Assembly (NCBI GenBank): GCA_025786725.1
Contig: JAHLTZ010000019.1
Coordinates: 124,001 to 188,000 of the forward strand
DNA length: 64,000 bases
Direction: 5' to 3'
From: Syncephalis fuscata S228
Taxonomy: Eukaryota; Fungi; Zoopagomycota
Of the stretch, positions 14,190-27,486 are shown piece after piece (within the stretch, counting starts at the first letter, position 1; each line of letters begins with the position of its first letter). A program made the position numbers and the translations under genes. The notes beneath the pieces are model-generated. The model was not told the DNA's origin. It worked only from the letters and a program-made list of their open reading frames with translations, and did no database searches.

Positions 14190-15944
14190 TTACCATGTAT
14201 CTAACCAGGAAATACCCGGTAGATCCCGCGTTGCATAGCCATCGGCATCGGCTCGTTTCCAGTCTTTTAATAAAGCGGATGGACCAGCAGTTGCTTCACG
14301 TAAAGTTGCTTCATCCAGTTGGGGCGTACCACCCATTGTAATGCAGGCCATTCTTCCATAACGGTGCCGTAATTCAACCAAGGCATAAAGAGAACGAGTG
14401 GTGGCGCGCGTGCATCCAATTAGTGCAACATGTACCAGATGTTGTGCGCTGCGTGCTAATCGCTCAACGCCGCAATCAGTTACACGGTGATGAAAACTTA
14501 AATCAAGGAATGTAAGTTTTGGACAACCTGTTGCCAAAGCATCCAGACCTCGATCTGTAAGTCCGTTTGTAATGGATCTTTTTTGGTGTATTGAAAATGC
14601 TACTCTTGGTGGCAGCTCGTTATCCGAAGAAGAGCCGGTCATCGATGGAACTAGGTTATTGTTTGCAGAAATAGCTGTGCTTTCATTGCTTTGATTGGCA
14701 CTGCCATTATTGAGAAATACTGCAGTGTTATTTGGATCTTGCTGGGCAATTGATTCCGGAGTAATTGATGGAATCCGTGCCATGGAAAGCCATCCTAACT
14801 TTGAACAGAATTTGCCTAATGCTTCAGCCGTGGCATCAGAGCAGCCACACGTGCCGGTTAGGTCGATCCATTCAAGACGTGGGCAGCCTTGTGCCAAAGC
14901 CCAGACACCGATGTCTGTAACTTCGGGTAGTTCAGCCAGTCGTATGCGACGTATTGATCGGCAAGCTGATAATGCCCGTAGGCCATTGTCAGAAATTCGA
15001 GAGCAGCCTTTTAGGTTGATTTGCTCCAACGCGTGTGAAGCATGCTGAGCAATGGCCGCAATGCCATTATCGGTTACTCGAACGCAGTAGCTGAGATTAA
15101 TGGTGGACAGTGTTTTACCGCACGCTTCGGCAATTGCACCAATGCTTATATCAGTGACAAATATGCACCCATGCAGGCTGATAGAACGTAAATTTGTACA
15201 GTTGCTCATAAATCTCAGCACTGTTGCATCGCGAATCATAGAGTAAGCCGGCCATAAATCAAGCTGGCGAATCCATTGTCCGTGTTTAGCAAGTGGAATG
15301 TTAACAGGCACAAAATCGCTGTCCAGTGGGCGTCGGGCACGGACGCGAATTGAATAATCGGTTTTTGCCGTGGCCGGCGGCAAGTGTAAAGATGGCTTGT
15401 TAGTGCGAGTGCGTTCGTCCAACAGTGGTGTAAAGTAGATTTGCGGTGCACGCCACAGGATTGGTACGATGATTTTGCGCCACTGGCGACAAGTAGATTC
15501 ACAAGCACGTAAATCTTCTGGCTGTTGAAGAGATTGAAAAATCATAACTAAAATTTCTGGTGCAAGAAAATCAATGGTTGTACCAGTGGATGGAATATTG
15601 CAATGCTTATTGAAGGGAATTGATTTGCGCCGCTTACGAGATGGCATTCCAGATGCCACGCCCATAATAGGAATTCCCAAAATATTTACAGAGTTTGCAT
15701 TGATTACTGGCTCATTTAGACTTTGACGAGTTATTCGCCATGTTTGGATCAAAGAATTGGCTTCAGAGGTGGATTTTGTTGATTGTGTCGATAATGGAAT
15801 CGACGTAGATGCATGAGAAGTAGATGCAATCTTGCGTTTGGTTAAGCGATATCCGGATGTGACTGTCGTAGTTAAAGAATCACATGGAGCTTGTGCTGTT
15901 TTGGATGAATTGGAATTAACAATATTGTCCAAAGTTAAAAACAT
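14190..15944 (-). CDS. F-box/leucine-rich repeat protein (FBXL/Grr1-like), intronless
   Basis: F-box LAPEILVMIFQSL...ACESTCRQWRKIIVPILW plus many cysteine-containing LRRs (LSYCVRVTDNGI). A TATA-like TATATAAATA near 16083-16092 on the minus strand favours the ATG at 15944; the ORF is open to 16058. Confidence 0.88.
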   Translation of the reverse strand: MFLTLDNIVNSNSSKTAQAPCDSLTTTVTSGYRLTKRKIASTSHASTSIPLSTQSTKSTSEANSLIQTWRITRQSLNEPVINANSVNILGIPIMGVASGMPSRKRRKSIPFNKHCNIPSTGTTIDFLAPEILVMIFQSLQQPEDLRACESTCRQWRKIIVPILWRAPQIYFTPLLDERTRTNKPSLHLPPATAKTDYSIRVRARRPLDSDFVPVNIPLAKHGQWIRQLDLWPAYSMIRDATVLRFMSNCTNLRSISLHGCIFVTDISIGAIAEACGKTLSTINLSYCVRVTDNGIAAIAQHASHALEQINLKGCSRISDNGLRALSACRSIRRIRLAELPEVTDIGVWALAQGCPRLEWIDLTGTCGCSDATAEALGKFCSKLGWLSMARIPSITPESIAQQDPNNTAVFLNNGSANQSNESTAISANNNLVPSMTGSSSDNELPPRVAFSIHQKRSITNGLTDRGLDALATGCPKLTFLDLSFHHRVTDCGVERLARSAQHLVHVALIGCTRATTRSLYALVELRHRYGRMACITMGGTPQLDEATLREATAGPSALLKDWKRADADGYATRDLPGISWLDTW

Positions 15945-17508
15945 AGCTAGTAGCCAATAGGGTAGTACAGAATAGTAGCGACGAAGTATGAATGAGCAGG
16001 GTAAATACAAACAGATGAGAAGAAGGCGAATAATTGATATGCTGGATAGTTGTACCATTTTAGATAGTCGGCTACGTACCCCTATTTATATAATGCGCGT
16101 ATTCTTTAGTTGAATGGGCTGGTGATCGTGTACGTAACTATGATGCTAAACACAACAAATGCCGAATGATTTAGCTACCGCGACAAACGCCGAGTAGAAG
16201 CCCGAAGAACAGTGATTTTGTGTGAACACTGATCACCGCAGCAATGCTTAGAATGATAATGCTAGTAAGTTGGTTGTGTGGCCGTGACAGCTTTTGCTTG
16301 TTGTATACGTCGTTAGTTGTCAAGAGCCGTTTCGTTGATGCTGCGAGATATGTTAAAAATAGACTGCAGAAAGCTCAAACGGCCAACCAGTGCTTTTGTT
16401 GTGAAAACGGAATAACGCCGTCACTACCCTGTAACAAAGGAAGAGAAGTGGGTAAATAAGCGAAAAGGAGTAGTTAGTTAGCGAGTAATGCAATATTCGT
16501 TGAATATTCCCAACTAAAAGGGGATTTGTTGATCAAATAGCGAATTTAATGGTAAATCCGATATGTGCCCAGTTATACGAGAGATCTTAATGTAACCGAG
16601 GTAACCTTGCCTCAACTTCCTATTGCGTAAAATACTTACGTGGACAACTAATGAAATTATAATCGGTTTAGTAGCAAGAAAATAGTAAAGTGCTCAAGTA
16701 AAGCAAGAATGAGCAAATAGTCAAGTTGACAACATAAACAGCTTCTCTAAGAACAGGCTGTTTAAAACTAGTGATACCATGACTGTTCAAGTGATACATC
16801 AGGAGATGTTCTAGTAGTGGGTTGAATCATAAACCATTAACAATCCCTCTAACGTGCACTGTAAGCATTAATTACGAAAATGCCACATTTACCCAAAATT
16901 CGAGTTTAACATGTCTGACACAGCCAGCAGGTGAGCAAACGGCCACATTTAACACGAGCCGGTATTAAAATGAAACAAATTAACAGCTATTGTTTTTGTT
17001 TCTTTTGAATCTTGTACTATTATTGGTAACACACTATTGTTTACTACAATATTTGCTAAAATGCTGATCCGTTGCCAACTAATGCATGTTAATTTAATTA
17101 GAATTAATGTAGCAATAGTTTAGATTATCATATAAACAACAATAGTATAGTTAATTTTATATCGTTATACTAGAATTACAAAATTGATCATTTACCATAT
17201 TTAAACATAACCAAATTAGTATCACTGTTCTCAAGCTTTATTATTTTTATTAGAATTAATAGTGTCTTCAATCGCAACAAAAGTTTTTGTCTACTATCAT
17301 GATCTCAATAATACAAAGATTTACTTCATAATTTTACCATTACTACGCTAGCCATAAAATAACAATAAAAATTTAGTTTATAGCAACGGAAAACTTTATG
17401 ATACATCATTCTATTATAACAAACATTTGGTCATAAAATAAAGCATATTCAATAAATGTTAAATATTAAATTACTATAATACATGTGGACGACATGACAT
17501 GCTGTTTA

Positions 17509-18381
17509 TTAACTTAGTTTAAGTTTATCAATAAAAGACAAAATGATATTAACCAAAGCAGTTTGGCCGGAAGCTGATGTAACAGTATGATCAACATTCG
17601 GAATAATTTCTAATGTAAGAAAGTTGGAATAGGCAGATTTAGCATTTGATAGGAGCTTCTCTTTCTTAACATTAACTGGAATAAATTCGTCGTTGCCTGA
17701 TTGAATCATGGCTAGCGGTACATTAACAGGAGCGTAAATAGCTTTTAGTTGTGCCGGCGCCAAATCGGACGAGAACATATCGTCGTCACCGTTTTTATCG
17801 ATAAAAGAAAGAAAACGATTCGCTGTAACAGGTGCAAATGGATATGCTTTTCGTGGCATCATTTCTTCGCCGTTTTTTTGCTGAACCATTTTGCGAGCAA
17901 TGCTAATCCATAAGTCATGTTGTGGCTCAAAATTGACATATGCTTCTCTATCCGAAACAGCACCATGCAATACGCAGCCTACCAGTGAAGCACGCTGTTT
18001 GGCAAATCGAGCAAAATACAACGATTGCTGGCTTCCTGTCGAATGGCCAATCATTAATATTCGCTTTTTGCCTTGTTTTATCAGATGTTCAACCAATAAA
18101 TCTAATTCACCTATATCGCGTTTTAGACTACCGGTACCAAAACCGTTATAGGATGAAGATAGGGTAGGATGCACCGTTGACCATCCCCGTTGTGCAGCAG
18201 CGGCGGAAAGAGGTCCCGCCCAAGGCAGTGAAAGCTGGCCTTCTGTAACTCCGGGAAGTAATATTAGTGCATTTGGTGTCTTGACAGGACCTGAATGAAA
18301 TGCCGTCAATTGAGGATCGTTGTAACCAAATGTAAATAAAGTGCCGGTTAACGCAGCCGCCCAGTTAATAGGAGCAATCAT
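17509..18381 (-). CDS. DUF1749 family alpha/beta hydrolase (SidJ-like esterase), intronless
   Basis: LSSSYNGFGTGSLKRDIGEL, nucleophile elbow GHSTGSQ, VSDREA, DDMFSSDL, SGNDEFIP, and a C-terminal His. Confidence 0.88.
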   Translation of the reverse strand: MIAPINWAAALTGTLFTFGYNDPQLTAFHSGPVKTPNALILLPGVTEGQLSLPWAGPLSAAAAQRGWSTVHPTLSSSYNGFGTGSLKRDIGELDLLVEHLIKQGKKRILMIGHSTGSQQSLYFARFAKQRASLVGCVLHGAVSDREAYVNFEPQHDLWISIARKMVQQKNGEEMMPRKAYPFAPVTANRFLSFIDKNGDDDMFSSDLAPAQLKAIYAPVNVPLAMIQSGNDEFIPVNVKKEKLLSNAKSAYSNFLTLEIIPNVDHTVTSASGQTALVNIILSFIDKLKLS

Positions 18382-19965
18382 GATATTAAAATGTATATAT
18401 TACGATCACGGCTATGTAGCGTGTAATTTTAAAAAAGTAGAGCAGCAAAAATAAATGAAAGTAGTAGAATTTAGTCAGGTAGACAGTCAATGTATTTGGT
18501 ACTGTTTTTAGCACCTTTAAAAATGTTACTACGTTCTACTGTGAAAGATGTCCGAGAACATCGAAACTTGATATAGCTTGCAAAGAAAGACTGTCGGTAT
18601 TGCAATTAATCCTGTTGTTGTAACCAGCTCGTATTTTTGAAATAAAGGACAACAAGAGTTATTAGGTGAATGAGCACGACAGCAAAGACTAATAAAGTTA
18701 TGGAATTACCTGCTAGGTAGGTGCATTGTGATGCGATGGCAGAGACAGTTTATATTGTAATAAATCCATGATGTTACAAGGTCGTAAATATGCTAATTGT
18801 TAAGCAGTATGTCATATACTTATCATAAAATATCAAGGCGTGCATAGTTTTAAGGCGAATACAGCAGTCAATGCGTGTTACTGTTATACACATTCTTATC
18901 TGAATCGCTCTGTGATTTATGCGTTGGGTATATCATTAGGCGAACTCAGGCAATTTTAGTATAGGTGAGTAAAACCGCATAACTTATTTTAATTCAGTGC
19001 AAGAATTTGTTTTTATTATGTACATCCTTAATTAACCACAACTGAACTATATATACTTTCATTTGCATTACTGTTATGCGAATTAAGCAGAGAAATAATA
19101 AAGCTCGTATTTGATTAGCACAAGATTTGATAATGAGTTGTTACATAATTATGAATGATGTAGATTGTATATATATATCGCCATTAAAAATGACATGTTT
19201 TTATTACTTTATTATTTGTTATAACTGCACATATTAGTAGCAAATAAACATGTAACATAAGTAGAATAGTATTTATTAATCAATGTACAATGTACACGTT
19301 TGTATTTTTGGACACGATGCCGTTTAGTTTGGACAATTAGCAAAGCTGTGCAGTAAATGGACTGATTGAGTGTACTAGTTAATAATGAAACTAGAGATAA
19401 ACAAAAGCAACATTATAAAAAAACAATGCAACTAGAAATGAGCAAAATATGTTGTTAAAATGGTCCAATAGCACGAGAGTGATTGATAAATATTGGCTGA
19501 CCCGTTGTGCTCTAATTTTCTTGTTGTCTTGATATGCTTATTACTGGAAACATAGCACAATGTAAACTGTGTGTTTGATACAATACTATATCGCTTATTT
19601 TCTACTTATACTAACGATTTAGATGTAGACTAGAATTCTACAAGTCTTTCTTTTATCACAATGTGTCTCCTTTTTTGTTGACATAAAAGGAAATCGTTTG
19701 ACTATAGGATATGATTTTTAGGGGTAGCATATATTGCCAGCCCCTATGACACCCAAAAGGATGTTGTACAATTTATTTATTTATTTCTAGCCAAATTCAT
19801 ACTTTGGACGCCATTTAATATATTTGTCGTCAAGTAATTAATTTAATTCTTAGCATGTCATTAATTTATGGTAATTACTTAATTTGATTCAGCCGTTAAT
19901 TTAGTATCTATAAAACAGCACTTCGCCATCCAAAAAGTCTACTTAATTATAATCGCATTTTTAAT

Positions 19966-21483
19966 ATGATATCAAATTCAGTTGTAGCCTTTATTGCGGT
20001 CTTTATACTTCTTGCGAATGAGGTTACAGCCGTAGGGACGCTTCAAAATATACCAAGATGTTCAAGTATTCGTGGTCGTCGTGAAATCCGAACATTGTCC
20101 GACGAAGAGCGAAACCGCTTCTTCGCCGCCGTTCGAGCGCTACAATCAGGCCCTCGTCCAACGGTTTATGACAGGTAATTGATTTAGAAAATTATAGATA
20201 TTTACTTACAGCTTTAATAGATTTGTGCAAACACATTACAACGCACGCCAAGTTGCCCATGGCTGGCCTTGGTTTTTGCCATGGCATCGAGCGTTTATTC
20301 GCGAGTTTGAACGTCGGCTGCAGGAGAAGGATTCCTCAGTCATGCTGCCCTACTGGGTAAATACTATCTTGCTGCAATAGCCAAGTTGGATTTTAAACTA
20401 ACGAAAAATGATGTAGGACTGGGCCTACGACTCACAAGCTCCCGAGCAAGCTCCAGTATGGCAATCGAACTGGCTTGGAGGCAATGGCCGATCCAGCGAC
20501 AACTGTGTAACAGATGGCGTATTTGCTCGGTGGCGGCCATACTATCCTGACCAGCATTGCTTAAAACGCAGTTGGACTGGCCGTGATATTATTCCTGCTT
20601 TCTACTCGTCGGAAGCACTAAGCGCCATTGCTAGCCGAAACACACGCTACACCGACTTTTGCAGCCAGACCGAGTCTCCAGCCCACGATGCTGTTCATGT
20701 GGCAGTCGGTGCAGATATGGCTACCATGTATAGCCCAATGATCCTATATTCTGGCTGCACCATGCCTTTGTCGATAAGCAATGGAGTGACTGGCAACGGC
20801 TACGTCCACGCAATAGTCAAGCCTATGGCGGCATAAATCAGGATGGATCGCCAGCACGGCCCAGCGATCAGCTACAGCCCTACCCTTATCGTGTACTCGA
20901 CGTACTCGATACACGGGATCTTTGTTACACTTATGCGCCATTCCGCGTTGGCTCACACTTTAATCCGGATGACATCGAATCAAATCCGATGCCTGCAAGT
21001 ACGCCTATGCTAGCTGTTAGTAATAGAACAGCTATCGATCCACTGGACCGTACAGAAATACTTGGACTACGCATACCTACACCTATTCCAGATTCATGGC
21101 TTGTTATGAACCATGCAAATGTCACGGCAGTACGTGAGACCGAGATGTTCTTGCGTAATGTCGCGCTTGAAATCAACAATCTTCGCAGCCATGTATCACC
21201 ATCGGTGCCTGCATCACAACCAGATATACTTGCCGGTTTGATCAAGAAGATTAAACCAGGCAACGGTCAATTAACAGCCACGCGTAGAGGTCGTCAAATT
21301 GTGCTCAACTCCACGTTGCTGGAAAATCTGACCACGGACGAGGTCGTTGGCAAGGTGCAGCAATTCCTGGATTCGCTTCGAGAATTGCCGGTAGTCATTC
21401 AAGATAACATTGAAGAAGCTACGCTAGAAAGTATCATTGGCTCAGAATCAGCCGAGCAATTACGCGATAACTACGATATCTAA
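19966..21483 (+). CDS. Secreted tyrosinase-family di-copper protein
   Basis: Signal peptide, RREIRTLS, CuA region HGWPWFLPWHR, LPYW|DW, and CuB region HDAVHVAVG...SPNDPIFWLHHAFVDK (needs one extra C at 20734-20736). Two introns. Confidence 0.9.
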
Positions 21484-22245
21484 TGATTTAGCTAGTGTAT
21501 TGTTATTTGTAATAGCTTTTAAGGTTATAAAAAACTAGGTGTCAATCGTCATAACATTAGTAAAGCAAATAAAAAGCTGATTATCTTTTATTTGGCAATA
21601 AAGTTAAGATGGCTAAATAAGTACTCTTTTATATTTGAAAATTAGTAAACAATTTATTAACAATTTAATGTGATTTGGGGCTAAATAACTATATTTGATA
21701 ACATTCGCGCAATTGAACTGCACATTCAATCTATTGAACATGGGGACAAGTGGTCAGTTTGATTTAATCGTCACATCATCACACTTATTGCTTTTTTGGT
21801 GGTCAAATGACTAATATTTAATAACGCCCAATCTATTGAACATGATGATGGGCGGTGAGTGACATCAGTCATCAAATACTCGTCATCATAGATTCGTTAT
21901 CCAGTATGCATATATTCAGTATACATATATCATTTTGCACTATTTATTCATTAGAACGTATATAATTGGATCGTGCAATGGCCAAACAATATTAATAAAA
22001 AGTATCGTTTGTTATTGACTTTATTCTTGTACATTCTAGCTCGGTTTATATAAATAAAGTAACGTTAATAATAGTAACATTAATTATGCTTATAATATTA
22101 CTGATGTTGTAGTATTAAATAGTAGCAATATTTAATAAATTAAACACCATTTTTACTAATAAACCACACTCTATTTGTCATTAAAATCCAAATTTGTATG
22201 TGCAGAATAGAGATAAAAGAAAAATAATAAACAGAAGCTACAGTG

Positions 22246-23771
22246 CTATTCAGTATCTGGCGATGTTACAGTATCGATTGGGTGAGCAAACTCTTGGATA
22301 CGTTCTGTTACATATTCGTACACAGTAAAATTAAGAGCATGGATAGGAAAGGCACGTATTAGTGTGACAGAAATGCCGGTATATAATCCACGGAAGCCCG
22401 ATCGTTGAACAATGTCCCGTGCCACACGCCAACCACTCGGTGTCTTGTGCGTAAATCCTGTATTGCGATGTCCACTCATTGTGCTTGCTGATGCTTTACT
22501 AGCTGTAGCAATAGGACCGCCGGGTCCAGAGCCAATTACGGCTACAGCTGTAACATCTTTTTGGATAAGCGACTTGACCAAGTCCAGTGGAAATGTTAGT
22601 AGCCAGCAGAAAACACCTGCCAATCCACCAGCAAGAAAATGAACACCAGAAGATGTTCGGCCATCTCCTTCAATGGCAGACAGTGTACGTTTAATGCATT
22701 CATAGCCGGCAAAGTAGGTGCCGGTGCCAGCCAAATCACGAACTAGTTTGCATTAATATTAGAAAGTTAATTAAAATATACTAGCAATACTTGCTTATGT
22801 GGCTGTTTAGGCCATAGAATAGACCACTAGGACCACGAAGACGTACGATTTCTTTCACGGATGCCCAGGTAGGTTGTGTACGTGGATCAATTAGACGCTG
22901 TTGTGCATGTTGCGCAGCAAGCCGTGCTTCGGCTGATGCTTGTGGATCCATTAATGTACGCCGCAGCTCTTTTACCCTTTGTTCCCAGACAAGTACTTGC
23001 AATTGACGCTGGATTTTTACAAGTTCAAATGGACAGCTTAATGCTGCAATCGCTGCACCACTAGTGCCGCCGGCAATAAATGCAATTGCCCCAAGGTTAA
23101 ATATGTTTTCTGGCCGTCCATAAAGATCGCGCAGCTTTGCCTTGCTGCGTTCGTACACCGAAAAGCTTGTCGCGCGAAGGACAGATACAGTGAGTAATGG
23201 CGGTACAATGCCTAAATACCGCCAGTATGTTCATAGATAAGTTCCGACTCAGTAGTGTAGAGATATATAAATCAATTACCTCTAAAAAAGCCACGTACTC
23301 CTTCGACACGATATGTTTTACGTACACAGTCGCTCAACGAGCGATAGTTATGTGTTTGCATACGTGTCTTGACTGAATCAAACTACAGTAATAATTGATT
23401 AGAATAGTGTATAAATATACATTTTTACTGATTACCGGAAAGCCACAAAATACACTTGTTACAGCTGCACACGATGCAGCAACAACAGTACGGTTTTCTA
23501 TATTGATTCAATAAAGTTAGATCATCATAATCAGATACCATTTTTCATAATACTTACGCAAAAGTAATTGCTGTACACCTGTAAGCTCGATTGCTTCTGG
23601 AGATGTAACACCAAAACTATTTGCAGAAGATGGCGTATGTTCAGATGACAGAGTCTTTTCAGTACCATTACTCTTGTTGTTGGCCCGTGTCATAGTCATA
23701 ATGGCAGCGGCAGCCACAGCAGCGGCATCTGTGCTCGTGCTTGTAGACGGCGTGGAATGCACGTTAACCAT
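22246..23771 (-). CDS. Mitochondrial carrier family protein (carnitine/ornithine carrier-like)
   Basis: Three carrier signatures: PFDSVKTRMQ, PFELVKIQRQ and PLDLVKSLIQ. Also GFRGLYTG...RAFP. Includes a GC-AG intron at 22743-22794. Confidence 0.9.
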
Positions 23772-24828
23772 GTCCAAGTAAACTCGTATCAACGCGTAAT
23801 GGCTACTGCAGCTAAGCCACTACAGCTATTCTATTTCCGTTGTCACGGAAACAAGAAAGTGAACCGTTAAATGGCGGTTGCGACAGCCAATATTGGTTAT
23901 TAGACAAAACGATATATTAATTAAGCAAGCCGGCAGCAGCCGCTAGCCAGTTTCACGTTTATAGAGGGATATAGTGGATCACTTGGAGGAATAGGCGAAA
24001 GAGTGACAAGTGTTTAGCATGAAACGGAAAAAAGAATGAATAAGCGAACAAGTAAGCAAGCAAACAAGCAAGCAAGCAGTTGAGGATGATGCGTGAGAGT
24101 GGGAATGCAATTGAGTGAATGAACGAATCAACGAATTAAGTGAGTGTAGATGTCGCCGTCACAGAAATCGATCTATTAATTTCAATTATATTTGCGTCTT
24201 TCTTGTCGGCTACCAACGTACCCGAGGCTCATTTACTTGTTTTGTGCGATAGTTCTTGGCCTTAGCAGTTAATTGGTATGATGCTTCGTGACATAAAACA
24301 GTTGTGCATTTGTAGATAAATGTTGCGTATCTGCAAGTAAATAGGCTGCACAGCTTACCCTGCAGATGTAATAATGTAAATGCGATCATCTTGACAGAAA
24401 GTATTAATAGACTAAAATGCCCCTTACTAGTAGACATACTATGGTTCATCTATCTAATATTGTGTTCATTGTATTATTCAATTGTATTGCTTGCCATTAA
24501 ATTTATATTCTTTGTTTAATTACACTTAAATGGTTTAGCATTAATAATTCCTATCTACACAATTACTGACATTAATTGCCAGCTTATTAATTGATTGATG
24601 CGACGGATAATAAACTGGCAAATCTAAAACTGGAAGATTGATTAGATACGTCATCAACGCCGAACTATCTGAGACGTATGCAAAGACAAATGGTCACCCG
24701 TGCAGAGCCGAAACGGAACAAAAAGGAGCCGCAATGATTTGGGGCAAGCTATTCACGCCTTGTGTTTTTTCTACTTCGCTTTCTACTTGATAGCATTCTT
24801 TTGTCGATACTGACTTGTGCAATTTATC

Positions 24829-26535
24829 ATGTCGGACACTGCCGTTGCGGATATTGGACTTATCGGTTTGGCCGTAATGGTAAGAGGCATATAGCGACTC
24901 GATAGATTGTTACTAACCACTTATGACACTGCCAACAATGCGTTGACTACCGACTATTGCAGGGCCAAAACCTTGTGCTAAACATGAATGACCACGGCTT
25001 TGTTGTAAGTAAATGTAGTAGTAAAGGCAGCAACGAATACTAGATTGCATATACTGACGATATATGCGTGTATTTATTTTAGGTGTGCGCATATAACCGC
25101 ACCGTATCCAGGGTCGATCATTTCCTTGAAAACGAGGCCAAAGGTACCAACGTTGTTGGTGCTCACTCGATCGAGGAACTGTGTCGTAAATTAAAACGAC
25201 CACGCAAGATTATTATGCTAGTCAAGGCAGGCAATCCGGTCGATGAGTTTATCAATCAACTATTGCCGTATCTCGAGCAAGGTGACATCATTATAGATGG
25301 CGGTAATAGTCATTTCCCTGATTCAATTCGCCGCACAAAGGAGCTAGAGGCAAAAGGCTTGCTATTTGTTGGTTGCGGTGTATCGGGTGGCGAAGAAGGT
25401 GCCCGCTATGGTCCTAGCATGATGCCAGGTGGCTCTACCGCAGCCTGGCCACACCTTAAACCAATCTTCCAGGCCATTGCCGCTAAGGCTGACGGCGAGC
25501 CGTGCTGTGACTGGGTCGGCGAGACAGGGGCCGGCCACTACGTTAAAATGGTCCACAATGGCATTGAATACGGTGACATGCAGCTGATCTGTGAAGCTTA
25601 TCAGCTGCTACGTGATGCTGTTGGTCTATCCAACGACGAGATTGCCGACGTATTTGAGGAATGGAATGGCGGAGAATTAAACTCTTTCCTTATTGAAATT
25701 ACGCGCGACATTATGCGTTTCAAAGACGATGATGGCCAACCATTAGTCGAGAAGATCCGCGACACAGCCGGACAGAAGGGTACTGGCAAGTGGACGGCCA
25801 TTTCTTCGCTTGATCTCGGTGTACCGGTTACTCTAATTGGTGAAGCCGTCTTCTCACGCTGCTTGTCAGCTCTAAAAGACGAACGTGTGCAGGCCAGCAA
25901 AGTATTGGCCGGCCCACATAACGAAAGGATTCAAGGAGACAAAAAAGAATTTATTCATAGCATTGGCAAGGCGCTATATGCTTCAAAGATCATTTCATAC
26001 GCCCAAGGCTTTATGCTAATGCGTGAAGCCGCCCGCAATGAGAACTGGAACCTTAACTATGGCGGTATTGCCTTGATGTGGAAGGGCGGTTGTATTATTC
26101 GCAGGTAAATTGAATGTATTACTAATATTTGTAACAATTACTTACCTAAATAATTATTATCAAATATTTTATTACAATAATAATAATAATAGTGCTTTCT
26201 TGGGCGATATCAAGGCTGCTTACAAAAAGAATCCTAAACTAGAATCATTATTATTTGACGATTTCTTCCAATCGGCCATTGCCAATGCTCAACAGCACTG
26301 GCGCGTTGTTGTTTCGCAAGCTGCCTTGCTTGGTATTCCTACACCTGCCTTCTCCACTGCTCTTGCCTTCTACGACGGCTACCGTACAGCTCGCTTACCC
26401 GCCAACCTTCTTCAGGCACAGCGTGACTACTTTGGCGCCCATACCTACGAATTACTGTCGAAGCCAGGTGAATATATCCACACCAACTGGACTGGCCGCG
26501 GTGGTAATGTTTCCAGCACTTCATATAACGCTTAA
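24829..26535 (+). CDS. GND1: 6-phosphogluconate dehydrogenase, decarboxylating
   Basis: DIGLIGLAVM|GQNL, IIDGGNSHF, VSGGEEGA, GHYVKMVHNGIEYGDMQ, QKGTGKWT, QAQRDYFGAHTY. Three introns. Confidence 0.98.
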
Positions 26536-26791
26536 TTGCATACAATATCCAATTCGTTTTTCTAGTATTAGACTTTTTAATAAACAGTTTTTTGCTAGTC
26601 AATTATTGTTATTGTTGTTATTGCTATTATTATTTGTTAGTAATTGATAAGTAAATTGAATCAATTTAACTAACATTGAGACATTACAATATAATTAATA
26701 ATAATAAGCTATTTAATCTAAAACTAGAAAACTGACCAACAAGCAAACATTTGTTCTTTAACTTGTCTGTTCTTCTCCTTTCTCTATCATC

Positions 26792-27486
26792 ATGTCATCT
26801 ACATCGCCTTTCTGGCGGAATCTAAGAAAGCTGCTTTCGGTGGTAAGTATACGTTGAATTATGCGATCCTGCACACAGCTTAATCTATGCGTAACAGAAT
26901 CCTACATTCACCGAGTCTATGCCGCCAAAAGATTACCGTATGCCATCACCGGGGTAAGCTTTATAGATCGCGTTTGTTAACGCCAACAATAAGTAATAGC
27001 ATACTGATCACTGCTATTTTACTATTGTAATAACGAATCAACATAGATCGCAACCAGAAACACATCGTGAACCAGTCACTAGCGTGTCAAATATCAGTAA
27101 AAACTATTACTTTCAACGTGATACGCGCCGTGCCTATCCACGTTTGTTGACGGTGTCGCAAGCAGAACTTGCTAAGCGTTTAGTAGCGCCCAGTGCAAGC
27201 CAGTAAGTTTACAACTGACCAATATGAGCTAGAATACTTACGACGTTTATCTAATGAATATCAATTTAGACTGGAAGCATCTGAGACAAAATCCGAGACG
27301 GAACCGACAGCCGTGGCCGAAATACCCGCTGTTCCTCTAACTGAGGCACTTGCCCAGGTTAAGCAGCCACTCTACTCGATTAATAATCTTCCACCAGTCC
27401 CGGGTCAGGCTTACAAGTGGACCATGGCCACGCACGTCACACCTGCTCCCGAGAATGTTTACTGGCCCGTCTACTATGTGCAGTAG
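26792..27486 (+). CDS. Complex I accessory subunit, NDUFA7-like (fungal 21.3 kDa type)
   Basis: Spliced MSSTSPFWRNLRKLLSV|NP...YRMPSPG|SQPE...NISKNYYFQRDTRRAYPRL, with a C-terminal LPPVPG...YWP. Confidence 0.8.

Noticed and set aside
16736-16772. Hairpin followed by CTAGT, resembling a Helitron 3' end
   Set aside because: AT-rich imperfect stem, and no 5' end or second copy is visible.
19716-19746. TAGGGG...CCCCTA hairpin upstream of tyrosinase
   Set aside because: A single short stem with no other support.
26533-26570. Cryptic peroxisomal signal by stop readthrough in GND1
   Set aside because: The stop is TAA in a non-leaky context and the extension does not end in an SKL-like tripeptide.
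14695-26602. Antisense and alternate-frame ORFs over the F-box, DUF1749, tyrosinase, carrier and GND1 genes
   Set aside because: Shadows of well-supported genes, with no motifs of their own.
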